From NCBI GenBank assembly GCA_964035545.1, contig OZ037768.1, positions 16,723,875 to 16,787,874 on the forward strand: a DNA stretch of 64,000 nucleotides. Direction: 5' to 3'. The notes beneath the pieces are model-generated. The model saw nothing but the letters and a program-made list of their open reading frames with translations, did no database searches and was not told where the DNA came from. Positions 1 through 21,199 of the stretch are shown here, piece by piece; position 1 is the stretch's first letter; the number at the start of each line of letters is the position of its first letter. Made by a program: the position numbers and the translations under genes. The stretch is from Bugula neritina. Lineage: Eukaryota; Animalia; Bryozoa.

Positions 1-300
1 ATTTTGCCATCTTACAGGACAGCTATACAAGAGTATACCTCATTACACAGAATTAAATGACAATCTGGCTCAGTTGATTGTGAATAGCATTTCCATAAAC
101 AGTGGATATACCTCTATGCTGAGACAGTCCAACAACCCAGAGCTCATGGACCAGGTAAGTTCCACATGCAGCCTGTGCAGGACTACTCCTGTGTCCTTCA
201 AACTTAGTCATGCGTTTTACTGCTAGGGCTAACGGAGGCTGTAACCTTTGTATAGGTCATAGTCTCATTTTTACTGCACTTCATTTTCTTACATTTCTTA

Positions 301-416
301 GCGTAGGGCCACGCAATGCGTGAGTTGCGAGTGCGGAAATGTATTAGCTAATGATCTTGGAGTTCAACTTTACTGCTCGCCTACAGACGAGTAAATCGTG
401 TCGTGTAGCTCTACGC
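301..416. mobile_element. Short internally deleted Harbinger/Tourist-like MITE (same family as 46731-47170)
   Basis: Termini GCGTAGGGCCAC...GTAGCTCTACGC are inverted repeats, and TTA flanks both sides (3-bp TWA TSD). The internal segment GTTGCGAGTG...ACTGCTCGCCTACA matches ~46810-46872. Confidence 0.7.
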
Positions 417-2044
417 TTATAGCTTTATTGCAGTTTTGTGACTACTATTATTACAAGTCTGGGCTTTTCGTTCTGTTACTAAGACTTTATCAATTGCTGT
501 TCACCTAATATTACCTGCTGTTCACCTGATATTACCTGCTACTCTTCCATTTTTCTAATGTAAGCCTCACATGGTACAAAATATGTTGTATACAGCTAAT
601 ACGTTGCAGTGTAATCTGATTATTTCAAGAAATCATTATTTTGATTCAGGCATTGATATAGATGCGAAGATTTCTGGTAAATATAGATTGTTTGATCCTA
701 GTTTCTCTGCCTATAGATAAAGAGATAGGTAGATACCATACCAAGTTGTTAGTACCCCAAACCCTCCATTCTTACATCATTGTTCATATTAGAACAAATT
801 AAAAATCATTCAGTAGTTTTGGGATAGTGCAATAGATGAGAAAGTAGCCATTTCATTGTCCATATGATATTGGTTTAATCATGGCGATGTGAGTGACATT
901 GGAAAACATATTAGTATAAGTATGATGGGAAAATGACAATTCTCATAGAGCTTGTTCCTGGTGAGACCTGGGTTACCCAACCCCTACCACCGTTATCTAT
1001 TCTAATTATGTGTCCTAACAATGTGTATTCACCATTCGAATTGCATCATGTAGACTGAAAAGGGATTTTGAGACTTTATGCCAGGCCTCTGTTTGCAAAG
1101 ATATTTATGACAAAGAGACCAATGCTTGTAGATATAATCAGATTTATAATTGCTTTAACATGGTGCTTGCGCATCACTCTTCTCATGGCCAGTTTTTATA
1201 AAGCTGGTATGATTATCTCTGTGTGTTCTGGTTATACTATAAACACTTAAGTCTGTACCAACCTTTAGGAAGAGGAGCTTTGGTGATCTCTATCTAGCAT
1301 GTCGTTAGCCAATGAAACGCTAGCTGGAAGATGTACCATCTAGACAGTTCAGGGACACACAGCTAGCATATTATGATAAATATTTACATCCACTCACCCT
1401 CCTTTAGCTTAGCCTCCTCTTCTGACTCATCTAGTTATCTATGGAGGTTGGGTTTATGAGACAGTCTCAATTTGTATGTAGTTGTATATTCATAGATCTT
1501 TCCCTGGAATCCACTAGACAACATAATAACTAGTAGTTTGTAGGTTTGTTTGTCATGTCAAAGAAACTTGTGTTGTGGCTGGTTCCCAATTAGCCAGTAG
1601 TTCGGAGAAGTTTATTTATTCAAAGCATTAAAATATTTTTGCTGCCACAGCCTGTAAAACATAAGTCTATGAAGCCTTGAACTTTCTGCAGCAGCTGCTC
1701 ATGTAAGATAGAGAGTGGGGAGTTGTGTACTTCCTGTGTTAAGAACTGCAGGCTAATTTGGAAATCAGTCTCTGGTAATTGTAGACTGATTTCCAATTAT
1801 GGTAATTTTGATAGAGAATCATACACTGCAAGCAAATGCAAGTGTGGCCGAAGTATGCATATGAGATATTAAAGCAGGTGTCCTAACTAAAGACAGACAA
1901 CTTGCTTCACTTTTCCAGATATTAGTTTCTACCTGACAGAAACTGTTTACCTACTATACACCATCAATAGCATCGATGCTAACTATTATATGATTAGCTG
2001 ACGACATCCAACCTGGTCTATGATTCCTCTAATATATCTTTCAG

Positions 2045-8011
<5,967 letters not shown>

Positions 8012-8490
8012 TGCAGTTGGTTCCTTGTACGTAGATCACATCGTATAAGTGGCCGATCGTACATCAGGAAAAGCCGGTTTAACAGTCACAGCTTTGTGCT
8101 ATAGGTAGTCTAGTCTTCCCTCACCTTATAGACTGTAGAACTGTACCGGAGATAGTAAATGACCTGCACCTTGTATTGCTGACTTGGAACTAGTTCTTTC
8201 TATCTAGTCTAGTAGTAAATCATCTTTAGCAGCTCGTCTTTGCTGGGTTGTTTTGACACACATCAGCTGACCTGTCCACCTCACCCACTGCCCACCTCAC
8301 CCATAGTCACGTGCAACACTCTTTCTCTCTTATCGCTTTCTCTCATGGTATAACATCTTGTAGGTAACACAATGTGCTAGTGTAACAGTTCACCAGGCTA
8401 TTTCAAGTACAGTGTACTAATACTGCATGCTAGTAGCGTGGTGCATGTCTCAATGTATTTCTGTTTATATCTATTTCTGATGCATTGTAG

Positions 8491-8667
8491 ATACGCGTTA
8501 TAAATGCGTTTAGAATGCATTTAGATAATCAAAGTCAAATTAGTATGGGATCTGCGAGGTCAGCTCAGTATACAGCCAGGTTTCGCAGCTCCACCTTAAG
8601 CCCTCAAACAGATAATAATGTGTTGCGTCAATCAAATCAAAGCTTGAAGCGTCCATTGTCCGAGTAG
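8491..8667 (+). CDS. ATP2B: PMCA alternative 3'-terminal exon (IRVINAFR...)
   Basis: TTGTAG acceptor, phase 0, reads IRVINAFRMHLDNQSQISMGSARSAQ...PLSE*. This is the canonical second half of the PMCA calmodulin-binding domain. Confidence 0.85.
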   Translation: MRVINAFRMHLDNQSQISMGSARSAQYTARFRSSTLSPQTDNNVLRQSNQSLKRPLSE

Positions 8668-10515
8668 TCTATATGTATTATTAGTCATATAGTAAGTCTA
8701 AAATGTTCAAAATCATTTGCTGTCAAATTATGTGTAGTTTTTGTTTTAATTGAGCTGAAGGGGTGGTTTTACGAATCACTGTCAATTATGTATGTGCCAA
8801 TGCATGTATAATTTTGTTAGCTTTGCCTAAAAATAACTTTTTATTTCATTATAAAACTAACTAAATCCTAAAGGTGTAGTAAATTTTGTAATTATGAATT
8901 TTATGGTTTTCTCAGGCTATCTGTTCTAGCATTTATTCGGCAACGTATATCTTAACTTTTAATAGAGTGGTATGTTGTGTTTGCATTTTGCATGCTACTT
9001 TCAATTATTTTTATAACGCATTTTTATTTGTACCCTTTGTAGATATACTAATTTTGTTGGGACACAATATTAAAATTATTATATAGATAGTAGTTGTGAT
9101 TTGATATAGTTCTGTTTTATATATGGATATATGTCTCCTTGTGTGGATAGGTTTTGCTAGAAAATTTGATATTATTACTAATGGACAATATATCTCAACT
9201 ACTGGGTCTTGTAGTTTTAATTATCTTTTTACTTATACACATTAACAAGAGTTTGTGATTTCTAGTAAGTGTAGCATGCTTTTGGTTGCAGTTAACAGGT
9301 TCTGCGTTTTCAACAATTTTTTTCTATTTTTTGTTGTACAACATAAAGCACTGTGTCCATTCCACTTAATAAACATCTCTGTATAACTCAGCATGCAGCA
9401 TTATGTGTAGCTGTTGTGATAAATGTACCCGAAACATTCAGTATAATATTGTGGTTTCAAAGTTTTATTTGTCCCGTCAGCTTTATTTGTGAATGTCCTC
9501 AAGTTCTACAATATGTCCTTTAGTTAAAATGCTGTATGTAGGTTATCTAATTTATCATATTTTACACATTTTTGTTGTTTGCTTATGATATCTAGTTTTG
9601 CTTGAAACACTGTGAACAAAAAATGCTGAATGTCTATCATTTTACAATACAAATTTATTTCAGTTATTGTTTTTCCTTCTTTTGTTTTCAATTACCAAAT
9701 AATAAATTCTAATCCTCTTCTCTTCCTGCTATTCTGAAGCTTCATTGTCTGCTGTCATTTTGATCTTTTCTATATTCTCGGATTTTTCCTGAGTTTTAGT
9801 TCAACTTAGCAGTTGAACTAAACCTGTACTCTCCCAGGCTAATAATGTTGACTCTAACAACTAAATATCTAGATACATGCTATGCCTTGTGGTAATTTGA
9901 CATAAGAATTTGGCTTTATTACCATAACATCCTTGCAACTCCTAGTGCTGTGCAGACAAAGTGATGATACAGCAATTTTATAGTTGCTATAGCAATGTGA
10001 CTAAGTTTTTATACTCTTATGAAACAATATCCAGTGTTATATATGTTTTTTACCAATTTGGATTCCTAAGTAAACCAGTTGTTTCCTAAAGGTTGTGGTG
10101 GCGTTAACCTCCGCTTATATCTGGTATTGCTGTGACCTTCCTTGTGCATATGAGTGTAGGAAACTCTAAACAAACCTGTTATTATTGTAATCTTGAAACC
10201 GTACCTCATTTTAAGTGTAGTTACTTTTGCAGCCAATATTGGTTCTATAAAAAAGATTCCTGGGCCTATTAATACTGATCTATTGAAAATAAGCTTACTA
10301 CCTACATTCAAATGTAGGTAAATTTGAAGTTGCACATGAGACATGTGAGAGTTCTCAGTTTGGTAAGAAATTAGGAGTGTACTTTGCACAATGCATTGCA
10401 AAGCTGGAAGTTTCCGATACGTTTTTATGTTAGTGGTTGATATGAAATTAAATACCATGAACGGTCATGACTCTCATTAAAAATGTTTGCAATTTTCTTC
10501 AATTTTAAAAACTTA

Positions 10516-10520
<5 letters not shown>

Positions 10521-10588
<68 letters not shown>

Positions 10589-10667
10589 ATATATATGTAT
10601 GTATGTATATATATATGTATGTATATATATATATGTATGTATATATATATGTATGTATATATATATA
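10521..10667. repeat. (TA)n/(TATG)n compound microsatellite
   Basis: Directly visible. Confidence 0.95.
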
Positions 10668-11011
10668 TTGTAGATACTTACTATAAAATTTATTTTCACA
10701 AAATATTACCTAGCTTAGTAATCTAACACAAGGCTCTTAAAATCATTGTACTGTCAAATAAGTGCTGCTCATACAACTAGCAGTTATAGCAGTGGCTTTT
10801 GATGTGAACACCCAGTAAACAATTGCTAAGTTTTTGTTGTATACTTGGTGAGCATCAATTATAGATCCAGAATCTAGTTCTCCAGCCACTGCTTCAGCCA
10901 TTGGTTTAAGAACCCTTAGACTTGGTGTAAAATTATCTGTTTTAAAACAATTCTAACACCTATTATCAATAAACATTAACAGCAGTTATTTAATGTTTAT
11001 GCATTTTCTAG

Positions 11012-11167
11012 ACATTGAGTTCACAGAGTGCTAAAATTGACGCAGAGACTCCAAAAATGAGAAGAATAGTGCAACTTTATCTTCTGCACACACAGCAATT
11101 GCGATCTCAAGCTTCAGGCGTCAAACAAGATAGCAAAAATGGAAATACCATTGCTATTCAATCATAG
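11012..11167 (+). CDS. Candidate PMCA alternative terminal exon
   Basis: TTTTCTAG acceptor, phase 0, 51 open codons (TLSSQSAKIDAETPKMRRIVQLYLLHTQQLRSQASG...IAIQS*). Not confirmed by homology. Confidence 0.35.
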   Translation, partial: TLSSQSAKIDAETPKMRRIVQLYLLHTQQLRSQASGVKQDSKNGNTIAIQS

Positions 11168-12786
11168 CCCTGCTGTTTCCCTTGGTTTCCTGATTTCATA
11201 GATGGAATTATCCATATCATTCTGCAGAAGTTCATTTAAAATATCAAAGCATTTGTATTAATATTTGAAACTGAACAAAAGTAAATTGTTTAAAAACAGG
11301 GCAGGAAAATAGTTTCCATGCTGTGTGAAAGCATACCATGCTCCTAAGTATTGTATTAAATTCATTCTTGAGGTTATATTATAAACCTGAGATTTTAGAC
11401 AGCCAAAAAAGTTGCAACATTGTAAGACTAAAACAGCTTGAGTGCCCCTTATCTGCATAATTTTGTTGAACTAGAACCTAGATACAATTTTACCACCAAA
11501 TAAACTAATCATTGTAATTGAAAAAGAGGTTTATAAAATTAGTTGAGCTGTAATTAATTTATAGCTGTTAATTACCATTTGTTTGTAATTTTATATTGTT
11601 GGTGATTCGCTCAGAGCTTTAATAAAATAATTTTTTTGCTTGCTTGTTGTATTGTGTTTTTAATTTGTGTACTCATAAAGATTTCAAACTATACTGTATG
11701 ACTCAACAAGATATTTTCACTATGTATATAAGCTTCTTTGCATGTGAATCATTATTTTACATTGCACACTATTTCTGCTATTTTTGTGGTAAATAATATT
11801 TGCAGTCTTAATAATATAAATGTTTTTTGTTTCATTTTTTTCTTATTAAGCTTATATGTAATTAAAATAAACTTTGGCTATTGTAAACACGTCTTTCTGT
11901 TGCCGAACACTAACCATTGCTCAAACTGTCGTCAGCAAAAAAATACATAATTAATCTTAGCCATTATTTATTTGTATGACATTTAGATTTGTAAAAATTT
12001 TCTCCTAACTATTGCATATGTAGCACTAGCTTGATGTATGATGCAGGGAACATTGTACATTTTGTTGTCTTGTCTTTTTTTTAAATTTGCATAATTTATA
12101 TCACACAAGATGGGAAATTTGGTGTATAATTTAGCTAAAACTTTAAGTTATAACAAAAAATATTAGCTACTATAACTGTATTAGTATAGATTGCTTAAGT
12201 GTATGCAGGCTTGTATCATACTGTGCATATAAAATGAAATGCGGCCATAACACTATAACACTGTTTATATGATAAATTTTCTAGTACCATGTTGTATCAA
12301 CCCATAGAAACGTATATGTTGCTGTAGATGTATGAGTTGTGATGTTTTGTCTTTAGAATTCCCCAATAGTACCAGTACAACAGCTGAATGTTTATGATTC
12401 AAGACTTAGTCATGTTCTAACTAAATTGCACCCTGCAAAGTTACATTCACAGGCTACAGTGCCTAGTCTATAAACAATGTATTGCACCTTTGCACATTTT
12501 CTCTTCATCTCATCTATAGGTAGGTAGAGACGACAAAATTATATTTTGAAATTTCATGCAACTGTTATTTGCAATATCTGCTATCACGTTATACATTTTG
12601 TAATACTTTGTCCATGTTGGTCATGTAATGCAACTAACATCTGACATTGTAAAACTGTGCATGATTGCTTTACTGGCTATATATGTTATGTAAACTTGTT
12701 TGTCTATGGTGGAGATTGTTAAAAAAATGCATTATATTTAATCTCTGTTTTTTTTGTTATAATAGAGTATTTATTAATGATTATAG

Positions 12787-12945
12787 ACAAGAAAGTACAT
12801 GGAGGACAAGTCCGAGCCTATTGTTACTCAGGTATTGCGAAGCCACAGTGCTACAGCTTTAAGGAGATTGTCTACTTTGGCGAACAGTTCTACTATAGAC
12901 TCAAGCGGCTTCGTATCTCATGCATCTAAACTAGCAGATGCTTAA
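12787..12945 (+). CDS. Candidate PMCA alternative terminal exon
   Basis: TTATAG acceptor, phase 0, 52 open codons (TRKYMEDKSEPIVTQVLRSHSATALRRLS...LADA*). It is GC-richer than its flanks and shares LRSHS with exon 7751-8011. Confidence 0.45.
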   Translation, partial: TRKYMEDKSEPIVTQVLRSHSATALRRLSTLANSSTIDSSGFVSHASKLADA

Positions 12946-14842
12946 ATATATTATATTATACCAAATGGCTTGTGAGAGTATATTCACGCAGATAATTGCA
13001 TGTTTTAACCATACGTTGAACTATAATCCTCAGACGCATATCTTTATTTTTAATTAAACTTCAATTACAGCTGGTTTATTTTATAAACAATTGCACTATA
13101 AAGTAGGAGTTTTCACTCTATTTATTGGCAGATGCTGACTCACTTCTCTAGTTTTATGACTCAGTACAATAGAGTAAAACCTGTGGACAGTTGTATTGGT
13201 TTCAATGTTCTTGGTCTTATTATGTGTTTTATATAGAGCAAACTGTAGCAGTTACCCAAAGGTATAAAAGTGAAAATGTGAGACTGTGCAAATATATTCA
13301 TAACTGACAAAGTTACTTTATCAAGCTCATGCCTAATAATGTTATAAAATATGTACCTCTTTAAAATGGGGCATAACAATTGCTTTACTTGACTAAAATG
13401 GCCACTAAATTTTGTTGTATACATACGCAATGTAATAAAATTGGTCATCTGACATTAATAGTATTATGCTATCAAGTAGTAGGTAGCTACTGCTATCGCT
13501 TCAGGTTACACGCTACAGCAAGCTTACAATGTTATAAATTAATTTTGTTTGTCTTCAAGTGTAATAAGTAAAATGTAAAATCATTTTAATGTAACTAATG
13601 CTGACTGTTTCTTGTTTACAATACCATTACTTTTATCATATTAATTCATTATCCTGTTTAACATTATTAACGTTATATCTAGGCAGTCAGATTTTAAATT
13701 CTCTGGTAATGTGGTAGATAAGCTTCATACAGATATTCTAAATTGTGGAACAGAAAGGTATGAAAATCTAGGGTTAGTAAAACCATCCAAAAGTATATCA
13801 ATCACCTTACTAAGGTCTAAGCGAATGGCTGCTTTCAATACACAAAAGCTGAAAACTTGAAAATTCCAAAAAACCAATATTTACAATTCATCTGCCAACT
13901 TTTTTAAAACTTTCTATAATATTATTTTATTTCTAAAACAAGTGTTCCACTTTGAGACAATATCTATGAGTGTAGCATTCTTTTTTATTATATTAATATA
14001 ACCTACAAACCTATCAGCGCAAAAACAATTAAATAGAAGAGTATAATGGGTTGAATGAATATTTGAAAAATAATGGCAGGCAAGCATGTATAGCATGTAT
14101 AGGTGAAACAGCCACCATGTGGGTTCATCACAACACCAAGTTTTAATGAAAGCAAAAAAATTATAATTAGTTAATGTGAATTCTACTGACATAAATAACA
14201 ATAACTTTTTAGGCATGTAAAAGAGATTGACTACATCCAGCATATGCTTTTCTCATTTATATAATAATTTATTGATTCAAGTTAATAAATGAAAAGATTT
14301 ACAATTCTTTAGTTGCTATTGCATAATTTACAGTTATATCACGTGGGAGAAATTGAAAAAAGACTTGTAACTTAAAACATAATGATACAACCTACATCTA
14401 TATGACTTGCAGTATACTTACATACATGTACATTTACATATAACCATAATTATATTACACTAGACTTAATGACTACAAACATTAAAGGTCCATCCCATCA
14501 TCATCAACAAAGCACACTGGTATGTCTTGGCTAAGGGGGCTCTTGCTAGCAAAACAATGAAATAGTATCAATACGTTAAATTTAAAATATTTGCTTCTAC
14601 AATTGTGACAAATTACTAGAGGTGAAAATATGAATTGTTTTGCAAAGCTTACTAACAGTTAGTGTTTTTAAATGGAAATTCTGAATCTTGGTATTACATA
14701 AGAAAGTTACTTCTAGAAACAGCAAGTGCTAACAAAATAAACCAGACAAGTTTTGCACACTTCAGAGAAGCAAAACTATTCAAATGGTTTTAAACTTCAT
14801 TATCAGAGTATTACAATTGAGAGAGCAAGTTAGGCTAGCAAT

Positions 14843-17800
14843 CTAGCAGTACCTGGTGTTTGGTGGGGGCGTGTCTGGCCTGACAGCTGGCACAGAAAGT
14901 AGGCTAGGCGCTGTTAGCAGCGACCTCGCCGCATTCTTTCTGACTCTCTTTGAAGCTGAGTCCCGAGGAAGTGAGGGAGCTGATGAGGTCTGCAGTATTA
15001 CGGCTTCTTTTATTTGTTCAATTCCTGAGGGCTGCCAGAGAACCAACTCCTTGCAGGGCCTACAAATCAACAAATATACCAGACGAGCTTGTGAAACAGG
15101 AATAACAGCTACAGAATCAAATCTATTGCCTACCTGCTACATGGGCAAAAATCTGTTGAGAAATAATGCCACATCTGAAAACTAAGTGTACTAAATTTTC
15201 ATACTAGACTTGACACAGTACACTGAGTTTGTCAGCAAAATATCAGTACTTAGACGAGATTAAAGAGGATATTGCAAAGCAGTAGTATCAACCCACACAG
15301 CAGCATATCTGCTCAAGTCCAGTCTTGTTATACAAAGTAATCTAGTGGCCATGGTAACAGAGCTTAACACAGAGAGTTTAACAAAACAACTATAAACCTT
15401 TGTCTTGGCAATGATACACCAGACTTAATGTGATGCTTCAATAAGCATACACTATTATATAAGTAATAAACATATAATATAAGTATTAAGCATATTATAT
15501 GAGTAATAAGCACTCAATATAATCGGAACAATAGTGCTTACTTGGGTACCATAATCTGGGGAAGGGGAGCTCTTTTTATTTTCTCTTGTAAATCAGCAGA
15601 AATAAGTAACTTGGGCTCAGAGAGTTTAGTTTGGGATGTGAAGTTGCCATCTCCACCCATATCTACACCTTCATCTACATCTGCCTCTACAGGGTCGTTC
15701 AACCTACAAAAGCATCTCACATAAAAACATCCACAGAACATGGCATGTCTAACAAAAAATAGTACAGTGCTCCATCCATATCTAACGGTTCCAGCTTTCA
15801 CTCATTTCCATAGGTCCCGATAAGGGCCTGGACCCTCGTTATTATGTGTATTAGGAACTAAATGGTCCGATTTAACGGATCCCTGAGTTAAATCTGGTAT
15901 TTTACTGGCATAGTGAGGTGCTGAGGGAGCACTGTAGTATGAAAAAAACTTTCTGATCAATCCAGTGAACAATATTATTCCTGCCTGAGAGCTAATTACC
16001 ATTCATTACCTTTCATCTACTCACTAAGTCAAAGCTGAGAGTCGGACTATCAAACTCACAATTATTTACCATGTCATGTCCTGTGAATGGTATAGCCACA
16101 ACTTTGAGTATGTTATATTAATTATATACTAGAGTAGGTCATTTTAAGGGAAGACAACTCTAGTGTATATTATTGACAATCTGGTCTTTGATTAGGGCCA
16201 AAACATGCACATGCAATCTATCTGAAGCGAAGTTAATATAAGCCACCAAGCAATTATGAAAAATGTGAATTTCTAACAGCTTGAAATTCTAAAATAAGAG
16301 TAGCATAAGGTTTATAAAAATTTTGCTAAAGTTATCGTATACTGGAATCTAGAGAAAATGAACTTAGTACAGAGGAATAGGATGATGTACTGCTTACCTA
16401 TTCAAATAAACAGCCACATCATAATAAAAAAAGGTTGCTAGAGTATAATTATTATTATGATGCAAAGGACAATGCAGTAAATAAACATGGTAGCTATGAT
16501 TAAATACTATTTCTGGTGAGGTTAAGCAATATATAGATATTATATAGACTGTAGATATAACGTATATTGTATATATATAATCAAAGAGGCTAAGTGCTAG
16601 ACAATAAACACCACTGGAGTAGCGTACTTGGGCAGTCAGTGTTTACACAAACACATTACCTATTTTCCAACTCATAAAAATGATCCCACATTGAACTGTT
16701 TGAGTTGGCAGATTTTGATTTATCTTGCTGTAAAGACATGCTATGAAACTGCTGTGCCATTTTCTGTTCATCAACATGGATTTTACACGGAGGGTCATCT
16801 GAAAACCTATAAAAACAACAAAGAAATACAGACACTCAGCTATGCGAAGGTTAGATATGCTGAACTGTCACCGAGAAGAAGGATGCAGCAGTGTGTACTG
16901 GTAATAGTGAGCTGACAAAGTATAGAATCTACACTACATTCAGACATAGAAACTTCACACATCAATACTCATCCAGGGTGTCAGAGTGCGTCTATCCCCA
17001 TGAGAGAATAAAAGGCATTCGATACAACTGAATAAATTTCATCAAAGTGCAGTGAACACAAAATGAAGAAAACTTAATGACGCCAAACGTTGAATTTTCT
17101 TAAAACAAAGTCACATTATTACTGCACACTGATCTACAATTTCCCTGCACTGCAGATATAGATCTAGAGGTATATAAACAGTGAGGTACAATACATATCT
17201 GGCAACCTTATATGAATGCTGATTGAGATTCAATTTACAATTACATTATAGGAACTACAGAAGCTGATCATGATTTTTACTATGTAACCAGGTACTTGTG
17301 AACAGGTATGAGTTGTGAATATGTGACAAGGTGAGTAAAAATATCTAAGTAGGTAAAAAGGTAAGTGTGATAAGGTAAGAATAAAAAGGTAAGTATACAA
17401 AGGTAAATAGGGTAAGGCTAACTTAGCATACCGGTCATCTGTGCTTTGCCAGTGTCTCTTCTGTCTCACACCACTTCTCCCATCACTGTATCTGCAAAGT
17501 ACAAAGTAACGAGATATCAAATAGTCTACAGAAATGCAAGCAAGCCATTCAACAGCCAGAACAGCGAGTTCTAACCCAGAGCCCAGACAATAAACTACCT
17601 GCAGATATGAAAGAGCAATCCTAACCAACATCTCAAATTTCTGCACAAGAATTAAGGTTCTTTTTATGTCAAGCTTATCACAGAGTCCTAATAGTTGGTT
17701 TCATTTCAGCTCACGACAGTTGCCTAGCATTCCTAACTAGCATTTGTAAGTTTTATTATGGCTATAGTGAGTATTCCATAGCAGAGCTACCCATGATGGT

Positions 17801-18312
17801 TAGAAAACAAAATACAATCCAACTAATAAAAAAGAAGCTTCGTATTTGTGCTTAAAATATTTAGTGACCAATAAAATGCTTATACTAACAATTGACCAAT
17901 AAAAAAATAATGGTCATTCACAAAGTGGTTGAAACTGAATTGACAAAAAAGTCACTATGAAGTTGTAATAAATCTTAGTAAACATGCAAAGTTATCAACT
18001 TTATACTTATAACTAACATCCTCTACAGTCCACACCCTTCCTGGTGAATGCAGTAGAAAGCAAGACTCTGTTTAATACTCACAGAGTCCTGGTTTGCAGG
18101 TTCAAACTAGGCGACAATTCTGTCCACTTGAATTCAGTGGGTACAGCATGGGCCAAAGGCTGGCCTTTCAAGGCTGAGCTGTTTGTGCCATAGTACTGCC
18201 ATGGCGCGGAGATATCTATGCTGGGACAGGTGGGTGGTGACACATCAAACTGGTATGTCCCGGCCCGTGGGTCCGGCGTGTCGCACCTCACATAATTTGG
18301 GGGCTGACTCAT
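14843..18312 (-). CDS. CCDC117: CCDC117-like protein (~271 aa, 5 coding exons)
   Basis: Phase-consistent exons 18312-18083, 17491-17432, 16806-16660, 15703-15542, 15059-14843. The segments PPCKIHVDEQKMA, ELENRLNDPVEADVDE, PKLLISADLQEKIKR and KPCKELVLWQP resemble the CCDC117 motifs as recalled (PSLVLSD...RPSMELVLWKP). A possible non-coding first exon has a donor near 22610. Confidence 0.7.
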
Positions 18313-21199
18313 TACCAATACATAAAGTTGTTAAATCTAGAATATAAAAAAACTGTAACAGTATACACATTTAGAAAATACATACATGACTTATCCTGAA
18401 ATCTGCAAAATTGTATCTAATAAAAAAGTACTAAATTGTAATTCAATAATGATTTATATAAACTGACATCCTCATAAAGCATATTTATGGTTGCAGCTGT
18501 CGAAACATACTAGATCTCATAGTACTGAAGCACTGGAGTAGTTTGCATACTCATAATTATGTGAGCCTGGTAAAGCTGCACATAATTTAATAATAACTTC
18601 ACTATTAGATAATTAATGTCTAGGGTACGAAGTTTGCATGCACCCACATACTAGACATGTGCATACACTATGTTATTCAACATATGCTATGTTATTCAAC
18701 ATATGCTACAGGTTTTTGAAACTGCTTTTTCAAATGCTCTAGGTTGATTTTATACTTTTCCAGCTTCTTTTATGAATTATAGAATGCATACAAATACAAG
18801 AATTAACTCCCAATGCTGACGTAGAACTTTGGTTGCTATACAGAAAAACATACAATTAGCATATAATTTTGGCAAAATACAGGTTTTATTACTAGAAATT
18901 GAACTTTATCTCAATGACAAACCAATTGCACTCCAAGTCTCAAAATTCAAAACACGCCACATCCTGAAAATATCAGTTGTTATAGCTAGCGGTTTGCACT
19001 GTGATTTGCACAGGTAATTTTAGCATAGAAGGAAAAGATTGCAATTTAGGTACTCAAACCTATCATTTACAAATAAGAAATGAAACATAACCGTTATAGA
19101 GCATATAATTCTCAGTAAATTGATTTATTATAAATATATCATGAAACCTTTTTGACAATCTTTGATATTGCTGATGCTTTAAAGCAATGCTGCCAAAATT
19201 CAACATTTACTTGTATTTTAACCGCTATTGCGCAAACAACTCAAAAAACACGCTAGGATCAGCTACTAGAAATTGCAACATACTGGACCGATTAACTTAT
19301 AAAAAAAATATCTAAATTCAATTGTTAAAAATTTGTAGTACTAGGCATAAATTGTCCTAATGATATCGCTAACTGTGGGTACATCATACATTCAGATTTC
19401 TAATTTGCTTGAAATATTAGTTGGCCTGTCAATCTCATGAGCTAATATGTTTAAGCATTTTTAAGGCAACTTATTTTATGGGCATTGATTTGGTGAATTG
19501 CTTCCCCTGGTCATCTTATCACAGTCATTGCATACTAAGTCAAAATTACCATATTACTACCTTCATAATCAAATTAATAATATTGTCCAAACTATCTAAT
19601 ATAGGCCCTTCAGTGACTTTGAATCAATAATTATCGTGTAATATCAAATTATTTTTTCAAATTAAAATGTAGTTCAGTGTGCAAAAGATTTAAAAACATT
19701 AGAGCAAATTTATTGCAAATCCTATTAAGTTATGCAATGTGCTTTTTTCAACTTACATATAATAACCTAATGTGCTAAAACAAGGTCTTTTTGAATCTCT
19801 AAGACAGCTACAATATAATTGGGTGCATCACTTGAAACACAATATCCATTATTATTAGCACTTGTAATGCCATCAACTAGATTTGTGCTGCTAAAAATGA
19901 TCACACAAGTCAAATACATGTAAACAAGTTTTCAGGTTGTGCTCATTTTCATAACTGCAGTAGGCTATTGGCTAAATGTTTGTGGGATTTGAAAATCTGT
20001 GCTAAAATATCTAAAATGAGGGTAACCACACAAATATAATTACATTTATAAAGTGAGCTATTTTCTTTCAGCTTCAAATATACACAGTATGGTCTACCTA
20101 ATTTTATTATTAAAATTATTGATTACTAAAAAAATTTCAAAATTATTTCACAACATAGAAATATAGCGTTTATTGGTGAAACAGAGTGTCTGTGCACGTT
20201 CAGTTAGCAGATTTGCTGCAAATATTCATTTTATTTAACAATTTCTGGGCAGTAACACAATGCTACATTTTTTATTATGGCACTTATACTATTTATACCC
20301 TGATACGTTTCTGCCTATAATTATTAGATTGCATAATAATTTTATTTACTCTATCAATTAACGGTAATAAATTTAACATTTTTATTGTTTACCCAATAAT
20401 CAATCATTAAACATTGATGTCAGTATGATCCAATATAGCTACGGATAGTCTCACTATCACTTGATTGTCATGGTCATCATTATCATGTCCATACTGAGTG
20501 AGTATGCAGTGCATTGTGTTTGCAACCATTGCTCTGTAATTTATATACTACTATCATTTTATTAGTTTTACTTCACTGGTATTTTATTTCCTCATTAATT
20601 GCTTTTGGTGCAGAGAGTAATATTTAGCAAAATATTTATTTTAGACGTTAACGAATATATGATTCAGATGACTATAGCCTCAGAATAACATGTATTGTTA
20701 TAGCTATAAGTTGAGTACAGAATTATGTTACTGAGCGTGTAAGTGTTTATTATTTAGTAAAAAATTACCTCTCATGGTTTTACTAGAACTATGATTATAA
20801 ACTTTTAATTGCATATTTTAAGTTAGATAATAATGTTGAACAGTTATTTTAACTTAATGTTGCAGAAAAGATAAGGAAGAAAAGGGCTGTGTATAAGCAT
20901 ATTAACAAAATCATACGACACTGTAACCATAGATCTAATATGGTACTGTTTGAGAGAACGATCTATCATGGAGGCATATGTAAATAATATTCAAGATATG
21001 TGCAATGAGTGCAAGGCAAGGGTAGCCACAGTAGTTACAGAGACAATATGTTAAGATAGAAGTATGCTCAGCTTTAAGGCTTTTATATGTTTTATCATTC
21101 TAAACATTTTTATAGAGGACGTTCTGTGTGACAGCAACACAGAAACTATAGAGAAAAGATTTGAAATGTGAAGAGTACATCTGGAAGGAGTAGTCTCAA

